Shown: piece after piece, positions 18,321 to 28,946 of the stretch
How the letters are laid out: each line of letters opens with the position of its first letter
How positions within the stretch are numbered: the first letter of the stretch is position 1
Assembly: GCA_041672955.1 (NCBI GenBank)
Contig: JBAYYP010000003.1
Location: 13,899 to 77,898, forward strand
Reading direction: 5' to 3'
Source: Arcobacteraceae bacterium
Lineage (GTDB): Bacteria > Campylobacterota > Campylobacteria > Campylobacterales > Arcobacteraceae
DNA: 64,000 nucleotides
Program-made: the position numbers and the translations under genes
The notes under the pieces: model-generated
Told to the model about the DNA's origin: nothing
The model's input: the letters and a program-made list of their open reading frames with translations, nothing else
Database searches by the model: none

Positions 18321-20111
18321 ATGCTCAATTCATTAAATGTGATAGAAACAGGTTTAATAGGGGCAAGAACGGCTGCCCAAACATCAACAAATAATATTGC
18401 CAATGAGAATGTGGCAGGATATGTTAAGCGAACAACTAATATTAGTGAAGCTGCACAAACAGATTCACGCTTAACGGGTCGGGGGGTTTCAATTGGGGAT
18501 ACTATACGAAACACTAATGATTTTATTTATAAAAACTATGTAGGTGAGAGCACAACATTGGCGTATTATGAAAATCTTACCTCTATGTTAGGTGCGGTTG
18601 AAAATATTTTCCAAGAGAGCGAAAATAGTGGTTTTTCAAAAGATTTAGATGCATATTTCCAAAGTTTAGAAAACCTAAAAAGTAATCCACAAAATGTAAC
18701 CTATCAAGAGGATTTTAAAACAAGAGCTTCTAACATTATAAGCGATTTGAAAACTTCGTATAAAAGTTTAGAAGATGAAGAGATAAAATTAAAGTCTGAT
18801 TTAAAAGCAGATGTACGAGATATTAATAGAATTGTTGACAATATTGCCAATATTAATTCACTTATGGGAAGAAGCAGTGTTCCTCAACTAACGCTTTTAG
18901 ACAAACGAGATGCCTTAGAGAAAGAGTTGGCAACCTTTGTGAATATTACTGTTTCTAAAGAGTATGGAGATTATCAGCTTAAAATTGGTGACACAACGGC
19001 TGTGCGAAATGATAATGTAAGAGAGTTTAGTTTTGGAGAAAATCATACTGCACAAATAGATAGATTTCCAACAAGTGATATAACGCTAAATGTGGCTCCT
19101 AACAATGATAAGTTAGTTTATGAATTTAATAACTTATTTTCTGCAGAAGTTAAATATGGTGAAACAGTTAATGGAAATGTTGTAGATGAAACAAATATAT
19201 TAGAATCATTAGCTTACAAAATAAATAATGATTCTAATATTAATCAAAATGTTACTGCTAAAATAAACCCACTAGGTACGCTAGAAATTATCTCAAAAGA
19301 AGAAGGAGTGCAAGGCTCTTTTAGTTCTTCTTTAAAACATTTTACCGATACAAATAATAATGACCTCTACGAAGTGGCACAAATTAATAAAAATAACCAA
19401 CAAAGTGTTAATGCAAAAAGTGAAAGTTATATACAAAGTTACGATGAAAAAATTAATATTAACAATGGAAGTGCGTTTGCTAAAATAGAAAATCTTGATA
19501 GCAGTTCAAAAAATAATATACTCCAAAACTTTAAAGATAACCTAGATACATTAGCAGCTACTTTAACCGATATGAGTAAGCAATATATTCTAAAAGAAGA
19601 TGGCAGTTTTGTATATGGGGAGCAAGCTTCAATTAACAGTGGAGAGTCTTATAATAACAGCGTAACTTTAGGATTATTCAGTGGGTCAAGCGTTAAATCA
19701 ATGCAGTTTAACAAAGAAGCCATTAATAATTTAGAGCAAAAAGATTACGATTATTTAGCTTCTTTTTCCAATAAAAGCAATATTTTATTTAGTAATAAAG
19801 GACAACAAAATATTAATAATAATATAGAAGAGATGAGTAAAGACGGCTCTGTTAAAACAAGTTTTTCAAAGTTTTTTCAGAACTTTCAAATTGATATTGC
19901 AAACTTTAATGCAAACAATTCATACTCTTTAGATACTCAATCAACAGTAACTCAATCATTGAAAAACAGTTACGATAAAATGATAAAAGTTGACCCAGAT
20001 GAAGAGATGCTAAATTTAATGAAATTTCAAGCAGCCTATGAGGCCAATGCGAAACTTGCAACGGTTTTACAAGATATGATTAGCACAACACTTAATATGG
20101 TTAATAGATAA
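18321..20111 (+). CDS. flgK: Hook-associated protein FlgK, paralogue 1
   Basis: NNIANENVAGY.KR N-terminus; LLDKRD; VDPDEEMLNLMKFQAAYEANAK C-terminus. Confidence 0.85.
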   Translation: MLNSLNVIETGLIGARTAAQTSTNNIANENVAGYVKRTTNISEAAQTDSRLTGRGVSIGDTIRNTNDFIYKNYVGESTTLAYYENLTSMLGAVENIFQESENSGFSKDLDAYFQSLENLKSNPQNVTYQEDFKTRASNIISDLKTSYKSLEDEEIKLKSDLKADVRDINRIVDNIANINSLMGRSSVPQLTLLDKRDALEKELATFVNITVSKEYGDYQLKIGDTTAVRNDNVREFSFGENHTAQIDRFPTSDITLNVAPNNDKLVYEFNNLFSAEVKYGETVNGNVVDETNILESLAYKINNDSNINQNVTAKINPLGTLEIISKEEGVQGSFSSSLKHFTDTNNNDLYEVAQINKNNQQSVNAKSESYIQSYDEKININNGSAFAKIENLDSSSKNNILQNFKDNLDTLAATLTDMSKQYILKEDGSFVYGEQASINSGESYNNSVTLGLFSGSSVKSMQFNKEAINNLEQKDYDYLASFSNKSNILFSNKGQQNINNNIEEMSKDGSVKTSFSKFFQNFQIDIANFNANNSYSLDTQSTVTQSLKNSYDKMIKVDPDEEMLNLMKFQAAYEANAKLATVLQDMISTTLNMVNR

Positions 20112-20174
20112 CTTTAATCTACTATTAAGAAATGTAATGTCAATATGTCATATAATCTAGTAAAGGAGTAAGCA

Positions 20175-22043
20175 ATGCTAAACAGTTTAATCATTGGGCA
20201 AACGGGTCTAAATACCTCACGAACAGCTCTTGAAAATGTTACTAATAATATAGCAAATGAAAATACTCCTGGATATAAAAAAAGAGTAGTTGATATTAGT
20301 GAAATTGCACATATCAGCCAAAACAGTACAGGAAGAGGAAGTCTTACTGGAAGTGTAATGCGTTCAACAAGTGATTATTTGTACAGTAATTTAATGGATG
20401 AAAGTACAAAAGAGGGTTACTATCAAGAACTTTCAACACTTCTTGGGCAAGTTGAATCTATTTTCCAAGAAACAGAAGTAGCAGGGCTTTCAAAAACAAT
20501 AGATAAATATTTTAAAGCCATAGATGATTTAAATTCAAATCGGGAAGATGCGGTTTTTATCAATAACTTTACAACTCAAGCCAATGCGCTTGTAAATGAT
20601 TTGAAAAAAGTTTATGAAGCAATTGAGCAAAGAGAAGCCAGTACGAAACAAAGTGTTCAACTCGATGTAGAAGAGGTGAATTCCATTTTAAAAGAGATGG
20701 CATCGCTTAACAGAGAAATAGGCAATCAATCTATGCAAAGAAATGATTTGCTAGACAGAAGAGATTTATTAGAAAAAAAACTGGCACAATATGTGGATAT
20801 TGAAGTTATTAAAGGTGAACCGTATGAGCTTAAAATTGGTGATTTAAGAGCTCTTTGGCATGATAATGTACGGCCTTTATCTATTGGAGAAGAGTACACC
20901 GCACAAAAAAATAAGTATGTAACGGACGCTGATGGAAGCGTAAGTTCAATTGATATTGGTGCACCTATGGATACAGACGATAAGTTTGTGTTTACAATGA
21001 ATAATGTTGGAACGATTGAACTAAAATTTGGTCAACCTGTTTTGGACACACAAGGTAACGCTTTGTATATTGATGGAAGTGGTCCCCCTGATTTGGTAGA
21101 TGAAACAAATTATATTCGAGCATTAGGTGTTGCTATTAACAGTGACCCTTATATGAATAAGCTTGTAACTGCTTACAATGGGGATTATAAAAAAGACATT
21201 GATGGAAATATCATTGAACCCGATTTGCTAACAGAACGATATTTAGTTTTAGAAGCAAAAGTTCCTGGAACTCAAGGTGCATTTGAAAGTACATTGGAGT
21301 TCAGACGAGCTGATGCAGTAGTTGGATTACAAGAAAATATTGCATTTTCAAAGAACAATCAACAAAGTACAACGGCTGCAGATGACATTTATTTGAAATC
21401 TATTGATTCTAAGACACCTTTAAAAAGTGGTATTATCCAAGCAAAACTTGAGAATTTATCAAGTACATCTGGGAGCAATAGATATCAAGAGTATAAAGAT
21501 GTATTAAATGATTTTGCTTTTACGCTAAGCGACATTCACAGTGCTTATGCGGTGTCAACAGAAAATGGTAACTATATTTATGGGCAAGATTCGTTTAATA
21601 ATGTGGGGACAGATATTCAAAACAAAAAAGATATTAATCTTTTTTCAGGAAGTGATGTTAAAAGTTTAAAGTTCAATGCAATTTCTGTAAATGATTTAAC
21701 GCAAAATGATTTGGACTATATGGTTACTTTTCAACACAAGAGAGATTTTTCATTTGAAAGTGGGATGCAAAATGCAAATTCTAAAAATGCAACTTCATTT
21801 TCAAAATATTTTCAAGAGTTGCTAGTTAAGGTCTCTGGAGACAAAGAAAACAACGACTTTTTACTTGATTCTCAAAAAAGTGTAACTCAATCATTGAGTA
21901 ATACTTATGATTTGATTGTAAAAGTGGACAAAGATGAAGAGATGTTAAATCTAGTTAGATTTCAAGCAGCCTATGAAGCCAGTGCAAAGATTATTTCAAT
22001 ATCTGACCAAATGCTTCAAACTTTGCTTGGCATAAAACGATAA
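20175..22043 (+). CDS. flgK: Hook-associated protein FlgK, paralogue 2
   Basis: NNIANENTPGYKKR; NDLLDRRD; VDKDEEMLNLVRFQAAYEASAK. Confidence 0.9.
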   Translation: MLNSLIIGQTGLNTSRTALENVTNNIANENTPGYKKRVVDISEIAHISQNSTGRGSLTGSVMRSTSDYLYSNLMDESTKEGYYQELSTLLGQVESIFQETEVAGLSKTIDKYFKAIDDLNSNREDAVFINNFTTQANALVNDLKKVYEAIEQREASTKQSVQLDVEEVNSILKEMASLNREIGNQSMQRNDLLDRRDLLEKKLAQYVDIEVIKGEPYELKIGDLRALWHDNVRPLSIGEEYTAQKNKYVTDADGSVSSIDIGAPMDTDDKFVFTMNNVGTIELKFGQPVLDTQGNALYIDGSGPPDLVDETNYIRALGVAINSDPYMNKLVTAYNGDYKKDIDGNIIEPDLLTERYLVLEAKVPGTQGAFESTLEFRRADAVVGLQENIAFSKNNQQSTTAADDIYLKSIDSKTPLKSGIIQAKLENLSSTSGSNRYQEYKDVLNDFAFTLSDIHSAYAVSTENGNYIYGQDSFNNVGTDIQNKKDINLFSGSDVKSLKFNAISVNDLTQNDLDYMVTFQHKRDFSFESGMQNANSKNATSFSKYFQELLVKVSGDKENNDFLLDSQKSVTQSLSNTYDLIVKVDKDEEMLNLVRFQAAYEASAKIISISDQMLQTLLGIKR

Positions 22044-22055
22044 AAGGAGTTTATC

Positions 22056-23654
22056 ATGGCTGAAGGAATATTAGGATTAGGAAGCTCAGGTTCGGCAGGA
22101 TTGAGCATGGAACTAATTGAAAAACTAAAAAATGCAGAAAGAAAAGGTCAAGTCGACCCTATTGAAAAACGAATTGAAAATTGGGATACAGAAGTTGAAC
22201 AGTTTGGAGAAATAGAGGCGAAAATAAATGATATTTTGAATGCTTCAAAAAAATTCGACCTTTTTAACAACAATACCAATGTCTTTTCAGAAGTTTATGC
22301 AAAAACCTCTGGAACAGCTGCTTCATTTGATGCAACCGATACCAGCAATTTAAAACCAGGAACAATAAATGTAACTGTATCGCAACTGGCACAAAAAGAT
22401 GTCTTTATGTCAAATATTATTGCCAATAAAGATACCAAAATGGGTGTTGGTACTATTAAAATTAAAGTTGATGAAGTGGAGTACTCTTTTAGTACTAAGA
22501 ATAAATCATATGCTACTTTAGTAGCTGAAATGAATACCTTTTCAAAGTTAGATGTCGGGCTTGAGAAAGTTAATGCCAATGAGTACCGTATGGTTATTAA
22601 AAGCAGTGAAAGCGGATTGGATAATGCAATAACCATTAAACAAAGTGGTGCTGCTTCAGTGCTTGGATTGGGAAATATATATAATAGTCAAGCCAATACT
22701 TTTGTGGGAACTTCAATTCCTGCGAGTGGAGAAAAGATATCATTTACAGATGGAACAAACGATTTTTCTTTTACTGCTGATGGAATCCAAAAGTATCAAG
22801 ATGTTATAACTGCTATTAATACAGATGGAAAATTCACAGCTACTTTAGTTGATGGTCAAATATCTATTGAATCCGTAACTGGAAAAGCCATAACCATAAC
22901 AACAGATACTATGTTGGGATTACAAAATAATGGCAGTCATACGCAAAAAGCACAAAATATGTTAGCCAATGTGGATGGAATTGATTATAACTTGTCAGGT
23001 AATAAAATTATTATGCAAAGTGGATTAACTATTGCTGCATTAGAGTTAGGAAACGCTTCTGTTGCAATACAAAGAGATACCGCTGGAATTGAGAGTGCGT
23101 TTAAGGACTTAATTACTAATTACAATGATATGGTAGATTTAGTAACAAACTACACCATTGGAGCTGATTCAAAAATTGAAGATAAATCTACAATTCGTTC
23201 TATTTTAACAAAAATAAAAGATATTATATTTGGAACAGAATATGGAAATGATAAAGATAAAAGTTTATTTAGCTATGGAGTAGATTTAGATAAAAGTGGT
23301 TACTTATCATTGGATTCGGCAGTTTTCAATAAAGCAGTTGCTGAAGATTTTTCAGGCTTAAAATCTATTTTAGTAGGATCTGCTGAAGAAAAAGGAAGAG
23401 GAATTGGTACTAAAATAAAAGAGTATCTTGATGAATTAGATGGCTTTGGAGGACAATTAACTTCATATGGTGATAATATGACAACAAGAAGAGCATCTTT
23501 AGAAACTGAAAAAAAGAAAGCAATTGAATTTTTAGACAATAAATATAGTCAAATGGCAATGCAATTTGCTGCTTATACTGCAATTATTAGTCAGTTTGAA
23601 AATGCGTTTGGTGGGCTTAAAATGATGATTGCGCAATCGGTATCGGGTAACTGA
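22056..23654 (+). CDS. fliD: Flagellar filament cap
   Basis: ELIEKLKNAE; VSQLAQKD; C-terminal KYSQMAMQFAAY. Confidence 0.92.
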   Translation: MAEGILGLGSSGSAGLSMELIEKLKNAERKGQVDPIEKRIENWDTEVEQFGEIEAKINDILNASKKFDLFNNNTNVFSEVYAKTSGTAASFDATDTSNLKPGTINVTVSQLAQKDVFMSNIIANKDTKMGVGTIKIKVDEVEYSFSTKNKSYATLVAEMNTFSKLDVGLEKVNANEYRMVIKSSESGLDNAITIKQSGAASVLGLGNIYNSQANTFVGTSIPASGEKISFTDGTNDFSFTADGIQKYQDVITAINTDGKFTATLVDGQISIESVTGKAITITTDTMLGLQNNGSHTQKAQNMLANVDGIDYNLSGNKIIMQSGLTIAALELGNASVAIQRDTAGIESAFKDLITNYNDMVDLVTNYTIGADSKIEDKSTIRSILTKIKDIIFGTEYGNDKDKSLFSYGVDLDKSGYLSLDSAVFNKAVAEDFSGLKSILVGSAEEKGRGIGTKIKEYLDELDGFGGQLTSYGDNMTTRRASLETEKKKAIEFLDNKYSQMAMQFAAYTAIISQFENAFGGLKMMIAQSVSGN

Positions 23655-23727
23655 TAGAAATATTTAAGCTTTTATATAATATACTTATTACTAATTTAGC
23701 AATAAGTATATAAGGAGAGTAAAATTA

Positions 23728-24084
23728 ATGGGTCTTGACGTTTATAATCAACAAAATGCTGTTAGTGATGATCCTTATGTACTGATATTAAAATTGTATG
23801 AGGGACTGCTTAAGTTCCTCTCTTTTGTAAAACTTTCTATGCAAGAAGAGGATATTGAATCTAAATTTAAATACATTAATAAATCGATTGCTATTTTTGA
23901 TGAATTAAGAAATGTACTTGATTTTGATGGAGGAGAAGTCTCTTATTATTTAGATGGTTTATATCTTTATCAAATTGAGACACTTTTTGCAGCAGGAATA
24001 GATAACAATGTTAATTCGGTGAATCAAGTAATTAAAGTAGTACAAGGACTTATTGAAGCATGGAAAGAAGAAACAGGTCTGTAG
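23728..24084 (+). CDS. fliS: Flagellin chaperone
   Basis: LILKLYEG, LDFDGGEVS..LDGLY.Y, LIEAW. Confidence 0.92.
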   Translation: MGLDVYNQQNAVSDDPYVLILKLYEGLLKFLSFVKLSMQEEDIESKFKYINKSIAIFDELRNVLDFDGGEVSYYLDGLYLYQIETLFAAGIDNNVNSVNQVIKVVQGLIEAWKEETGL

Positions 24085-24332
24085 AAGCCTTTAATCAACT
24101 AAAGTACATTGATACATTAGATGATGAACAAAGAGCTTCGCAACTTCAAATCTGGGTTGAAAAATATTTAACTTTTGAAGATAAATTTGATTTTGATTTA
24201 GAATATAATGATCTTCAATCATTGTCAGAACTTTTTTACAAAAATCTTAACTTTATTAAAGAGTTTAACGCTTCTTTACAAAAACAGATGACAGAAACAC
24301 AAAAAATGAAAGCATTTTTACTTAATAGCTGA
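24060..24332 (+). CDS. Small helical protein after fliS (FliT-like by position)
   Basis: Overlaps the fliS stop; fliD-fliS-X arrangement. Confidence 0.5.
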   Translation: MERRNRSVEAFNQLKYIDTLDDEQRASQLQIWVEKYLTFEDKFDFDLEYNDLQSLSELFYKNLNFIKEFNASLQKQMTETQKMKAFLLNS

Positions 24333-24380
24333 AAACAATAAGTCTTGGATCAGCCATTAAGAAATAGTGAAATGTTTATT

Positions 24381-25355
24381 TTACTTTAGAAACAATAAAT
24401 CACTAGGTTCAATCTCTTCTTGAAATATATACGCTCTTATTTTTGCGGGAATTTTCAACACTCTATATTTTTCTTTAAATATTTTTGGCATAACCGTTTT
24501 TATATACGGAGCAATAAAAATATAAAGTGGTGTTATACAAATGGCAAAAGTATCAATTACTGACTTTTTTTGCTTTAAAATCTCTTCTCTTTGAGCGTGG
24601 CTTAAAAGATACCCTTTTTGCTTTAAATAAGCGTCTATGAGACGAATATTTAGATTATCATCTAAATGAGCGTTGAATACTGTTAACTCTTTATATTTGT
24701 ATATAGGCTCATTTGTAGAAGCTAATGAGTTTAAATCCTTTTGCAAATATGTAAATGACTTTTTAACGCCTGATTCAAACTCTTGAATAAAGCTATTACT
24801 AAAATGGTGGCGGAAATAGTTGCGGGTATAACTTAAATCGCTGTTGCTTTCATCATAAAAATATTTTATGTTATTTGTTTTTAAATACTCTTCCAATGTG
24901 GTTTTTGAAACTTCTAATAGAGGTCGTGTGATGGTGTAGTTGGGTTTAATTAAATGTTCATTTAATCCCAAAAGTTCATGTAGTCCAGCTCCTTTTGAGA
25001 GTTGCATTAAAAACCATTCCAATTTATCGTTGAGTTGATGGGCGGTTAAAAGGGTTTCGTAGCTGTGTTCCTCTATGAGTTCTTCAAAAAAATCATAACG
25101 AAGTTGCCGTGCGTTGTATTCGAAATTGGATTTTTCAAGAGTTGCATGTTGTATAAAACACTGTTTTTTATATTTAAGTGCCAAACTCAAGGCATAGACC
25201 AACTCTTGTCTTGATTGTGTGCGGGTGTTGTAGTTTACAATGGCAATATCAAAAGGGATATGGCGTTCAAGCAGAAGAAAGAACAGTGCCGTGGAATCTA
25301 CGCCTCCTGAAAAGGCTAAAAGATTCTTTTGGCTTGTTATTTCTAACGTTATCAT
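24381..25355 (-). CDS. tilS: tRNA(Ile)-lysidine synthetase
   Basis: AFSGGVDS PP-loop; ARQLRY; TAHQLND; DESN...YTRNYFR. Confidence 0.95.
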   Translation of the reverse strand: MITLEITSQKNLLAFSGGVDSTALFFLLLERHIPFDIAIVNYNTRTQSRQELVYALSLALKYKKQCFIQHATLEKSNFEYNARQLRYDFFEELIEEHSYETLLTAHQLNDKLEWFLMQLSKGAGLHELLGLNEHLIKPNYTITRPLLEVSKTTLEEYLKTNNIKYFYDESNSDLSYTRNYFRHHFSNSFIQEFESGVKKSFTYLQKDLNSLASTNEPIYKYKELTVFNAHLDDNLNIRLIDAYLKQKGYLLSHAQREEILKQKKSVIDTFAICITPLYIFIAPYIKTVMPKIFKEKYRVLKIPAKIRAYIFQEEIEPSDLLFLK

Positions 25356-26690
25356 CTATTTAATAATAGTGGCAAGGAGATTATCTCCTGCTAGTTCTGT
25401 AATTTTAGCTTTGTAAATTACCCCAAATTTAATTTCGGTTTCTAATTCATTGTCGTTGATATAAATTTCACCATCAATATCGGGTGCCCACATAATATTT
25501 CTGGCACTTAATAGATACTCATGCTCTAAACTAGGACCATCTACCACGACTTCTACAATTTTACCAATCTCTTCTTTAAACGCGGTTAAGGTAGATTTCT
25601 CAATAATTTTGCCTAAAATTTTGGCTCGTTTATCAATAACTTTAGCATCAACTTTTTGAGTACTTTCATAAGCCGTGGTTCCCTCTTCATCGGAATAAGA
25701 AAAGACATTGGCTCTGTTGAATCCATACTCTTTAACATAAGTACACAAATCGTCAAAATCCTCTTGTGTTTCACCCGGATGTCCTACAATAAAGGTGGTT
25801 CGGATAAAAGAGTTAGGAGTGTTTCTCATGGTAGCCATTAATTCATTGAGTTGTTCAATGCCTTTACCTCGTTTCATAATCTTTAACATAGAAGGCGATA
25901 TGTGTTGTAATGGCATATCAAAATAGTTGTGAAAAACAGAAGAAGTTTCTATTTTTTTAATTAAAGTGTGTGTGGTAGTTGATGGATACAGATACAAGAT
26001 TCTTGCACTTTTAACGCCTTGCACTTTTTCAATTTCTTCAATTAGCAGTTCTAAACCATTGTTAATATCGCGATCTTTTAAATAAGAAGAAGAGTCTTGT
26101 GAAACGAAAGAGAAATCGAAATACCCTTTGGCAACTAACGCTTTAACTTCTTTAACCAATGATTCAAGGGTGCGTGAAAAGAGTTTTCCTTTAAACGAAG
26201 GAATGGCACAAAAAGAGCACGTTTGATTGCACCCTTCGCTTAGTTTTATATAGGCATGATAGTTTGAACCCGTAATGACTCTTTCATTAATTTCTGTTTG
26301 CAAAAAAACTTCATTGGTAAAAAGGCTTCTTTTTTCATTGACCAGCACGTCGATTTTGTCATAATCACCTACGCCTGTAAAAATATCGACCTCAATAAGC
26401 TCTTTTTGAAGCTCCTCTTTATAACGCTCACTTAAGCACCCAGCCATGACTAAAACCGAATCTTTTTTTCTCATGCTGTCTAAATCTAAAACAGTATTAA
26501 TACTCTCTTGCTTAGCACTTTCAATAAAGCCGCAGGTATTTACAATAATAACATCTGCTAGTTCAGGTTCATGGGTTAGTTTGTAATCGCTTAGTTTTCC
26601 TAACATAACTTCTGAGTCAACAAGATTTTTTGTACAGCCTAAAGAGACTAAGTGCAATGTTTTTTGTGGGTTTGTGGTGGTAAATTTCAT
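25356..26690 (-). CDS. rimO: Ribosomal protein S12 methylthiotransferase
   Basis: SLGCTKNLVDSE; NTCGFIESAKQES; radical SAM motif CNQTCSFC; APDIDG. Confidence 0.95.
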   Translation of the reverse strand: MKFTTTNPQKTLHLVSLGCTKNLVDSEVMLGKLSDYKLTHEPELADVIIVNTCGFIESAKQESINTVLDLDSMRKKDSVLVMAGCLSERYKEELQKELIEVDIFTGVGDYDKIDVLVNEKRSLFTNEVFLQTEINERVITGSNYHAYIKLSEGCNQTCSFCAIPSFKGKLFSRTLESLVKEVKALVAKGYFDFSFVSQDSSSYLKDRDINNGLELLIEEIEKVQGVKSARILYLYPSTTTHTLIKKIETSSVFHNYFDMPLQHISPSMLKIMKRGKGIEQLNELMATMRNTPNSFIRTTFIVGHPGETQEDFDDLCTYVKEYGFNRANVFSYSDEEGTTAYESTQKVDAKVIDKRAKILGKIIEKSTLTAFKEEIGKIVEVVVDGPSLEHEYLLSARNIMWAPDIDGEIYINDNELETEIKFGVIYKAKITELAGDNLLATIIK

Positions 26691-26692
26691 TT

Positions 26693-27514
26693 TTATATCC
26701 AAATATTATCTATAAGTCTTATCGACCCAATTTTAACAGCGACTAAAATAATGCTGTTGCCTAAAACGATGGTGTTAATTTGCTCAAAATCTCTATTTAC
26801 AAATGCAATATATTCAATATCTAAAGCTTTCATAATGGTTCTCATCTGCTCTTCAATGGTTGCACAATCAAGCACTTTTGAACCAATTAGTTTAGCTGCT
26901 TTTTCAAGTGACTTTGAAATGGCTAAAGAGTCAACTCTTTGTTCTTGCGACAAGTATGTATTTCGGCTGCTTAACGCTAAGCCATCGCTTTGTCGTACAA
27001 TATCACACGGTATTATTTCAATGGGAAGAAAAAAGTTTTTCACCATTTGTTCTATAAGTAAAAGTTGTTGAGCATCTTTTTTACCAAAATAAGCTTTTGT
27101 TGGAGAAACTAAGTTAAAGAGTTTTAAAACGACTTGCAAAACCCCATCAAAATGACCCGGACGCAACTCTCCTTCTAACAAATAACTTCTAAGTAAAGGG
27201 GCTTTTACCAGCACTTCATCCTTTGAATACATGGTTGAAATTTGAGGCATAAAAAGGTAATCAACCTTGCATAATTCACAAATTTTACTGTCGGACTCTA
27301 TTTTTCTAGGGTATTTATCTAAATCTTCCCCTTTTAAAAACTGCGTAGGGTTTACGAAAATAGAGACAATAACTGTTTCATTTTCACTTCTGGCTTTTTT
27401 TATAAGTGAAATATGCCCATCGTGCAAAGCTCCCATTGTAGGGACAAAACCAATCGAGCAAGAAAGAGTGGCTCTAATACTTTGCAACTCTTCTATGGTG
27501 TGTACAATTTTCAA
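26693..27514 (-). CDS. panC: Pantoate-beta-alanine ligase
   Basis: [11 protein letters not shown]; RPGHFDGV; FGKKDAQQ; GLALSSRN. Confidence 0.97.
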   Translation of the reverse strand: MKIVHTIEELQSIRATLSCSIGFVPTMGALHDGHISLIKKARSENETVIVSIFVNPTQFLKGEDLDKYPRKIESDSKICELCKVDYLFMPQISTMYSKDEVLVKAPLLRSYLLEGELRPGHFDGVLQVVLKLFNLVSPTKAYFGKKDAQQLLLIEQMVKNFFLPIEIIPCDIVRQSDGLALSSRNTYLSQEQRVDSLAISKSLEKAAKLIGSKVLDCATIEEQMRTIMKALDIEYIAFVNRDFEQINTIVLGNSIILVAVKIGSIRLIDNIWI

Positions 27515-27539
27515 TATGTTTCCTTAAAAACTAAAACGG

Positions 27540-28946
27540 TTAAAGTTTTTCCCAAACAGTTTTAACAGGTGTGTCCATAAGAGAAATTCCCATTAAGCTA
27601 AGCTCTTCTCTTATTTTATCTGCTGTTTGAAACTCTTTTTGTTGTTTGGCAAGATTTCTTTTTTGAATTAACTCTTCAATTTTTAAAGATGTTTGTTCAT
27701 CTATTCCAAACTGAAAATAACTAAAAGCATCTTCTAAACCAACGCCTAAAATATTATTTACTAATTCAATATTAGCAACTAATTCTTTTTTAATATTTTT
27801 ATTTTTTGGCTCTTTATCTAAAATTTCATTGGCAGCTGAAATCATCTCATCTACAAGAGCAATTGCTTTTGCACTATTTAAATCATCGTTTAATGCTTCA
27901 AACAATTTTTCTTTAAATATTTTATTAACACTACTTTTTTCAACACCATAAACTCTTTTTTTAACTCTGTAAAGTTTATCTAATCTTTTTTTAGAAGCAA
28001 TTAAATCCTCTTCATTGAAATTAAAATCATTACGGTAGTGTGCGGTTAAGAGATAAAATCGAATAACTTCACCTGAATACTCTTTTAAAATATCTTTTAA
28101 GAAAAAAGAGTTACCTAAAGATTTGCTCATTTTTTCACCATTTACATTTACAAAACCGTTGTGTAACCAATATTTTGCTAAGTTTTTCCCCGTAGCGCAT
28201 CTGGTTTGTGCAGCTTCATTTTCGTGGTGAGGAAAGAGTAAATCAGCACCACCGCCGTGAATATCTATTTCATATAAGGCTGAAGAGTCATTGGCTAAAT
28301 GTTGGTGAATCATGGCACTGCACTCAATATGCCAACCAGGTCTTCCTTTTCCAAAAGGGGCATCATAACTGATGCTTTCATCTTTTTTAATCTTCCAAAG
28401 AGCAAAATCTTTTGGGTTTCTTTTTTGAGTGTTTGTTTCAACTCTTGATTGGGTTTGTTCATCTTCTAAACGATGGCTCAACGAGCCATAAGAGCTGTCT
28501 TTCGAGGTGTCAAAATAAACACCATCTTCAATAATATACGCAACATCTTTTTTTAAAAGTGTTTCAATCATAGCTTTCATAGCATTCAGGTTTTCAGTGG
28601 CTTTTGGTTCATACGTATTTGGCAAAATATTTAAGCACTGCATATCTTTTTTATATTCACTAATATAAAAAGAGGTTAATTCTTCTAGTGTTTGATTGGT
28701 TTGTGCCATTTTATTAATGATTTTATCATCAATATCAGTAAAGTTTTTGCTCATAGTTACAGCATAGCCATTGGCAATTAATACACGGTGCAGTAGATCA
28801 AAAGCTACTGCACTTCTTGCGTGTCCTAAGTGAGAATCATCATAAACAGTAGGTCCACAAACATATACTTTTACCTCTTTTTCATCCAAAGGAGTAAAAG
28901 CTTCTTTTGTTTTTTTTACTGAATCATAAAAAACAATCGGCTTCAT
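27540..28946 (-). CDS. cysS: Cysteinyl-tRNA synthetase
   Basis: CGPTVYD..HLGHAR; GRPGWHIECSAM; KMSKS. Confidence 0.97.
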   Translation of the reverse strand: MKPIVFYDSVKKTKEAFTPLDEKEVKVYVCGPTVYDDSHLGHARSAVAFDLLHRVLIANGYAVTMSKNFTDIDDKIINKMAQTNQTLEELTSFYISEYKKDMQCLNILPNTYEPKATENLNAMKAMIETLLKKDVAYIIEDGVYFDTSKDSSYGSLSHRLEDEQTQSRVETNTQKRNPKDFALWKIKKDESISYDAPFGKGRPGWHIECSAMIHQHLANDSSALYEIDIHGGGADLLFPHHENEAAQTRCATGKNLAKYWLHNGFVNVNGEKMSKSLGNSFFLKDILKEYSGEVIRFYLLTAHYRNDFNFNEEDLIASKKRLDKLYRVKKRVYGVEKSSVNKIFKEKLFEALNDDLNSAKAIALVDEMISAANEILDKEPKNKNIKKELVANIELVNNILGVGLEDAFSYFQFGIDEQTSLKIEELIQKRNLAKQQKEFQTADKIREELSLMGISLMDTPVKTVWEKL

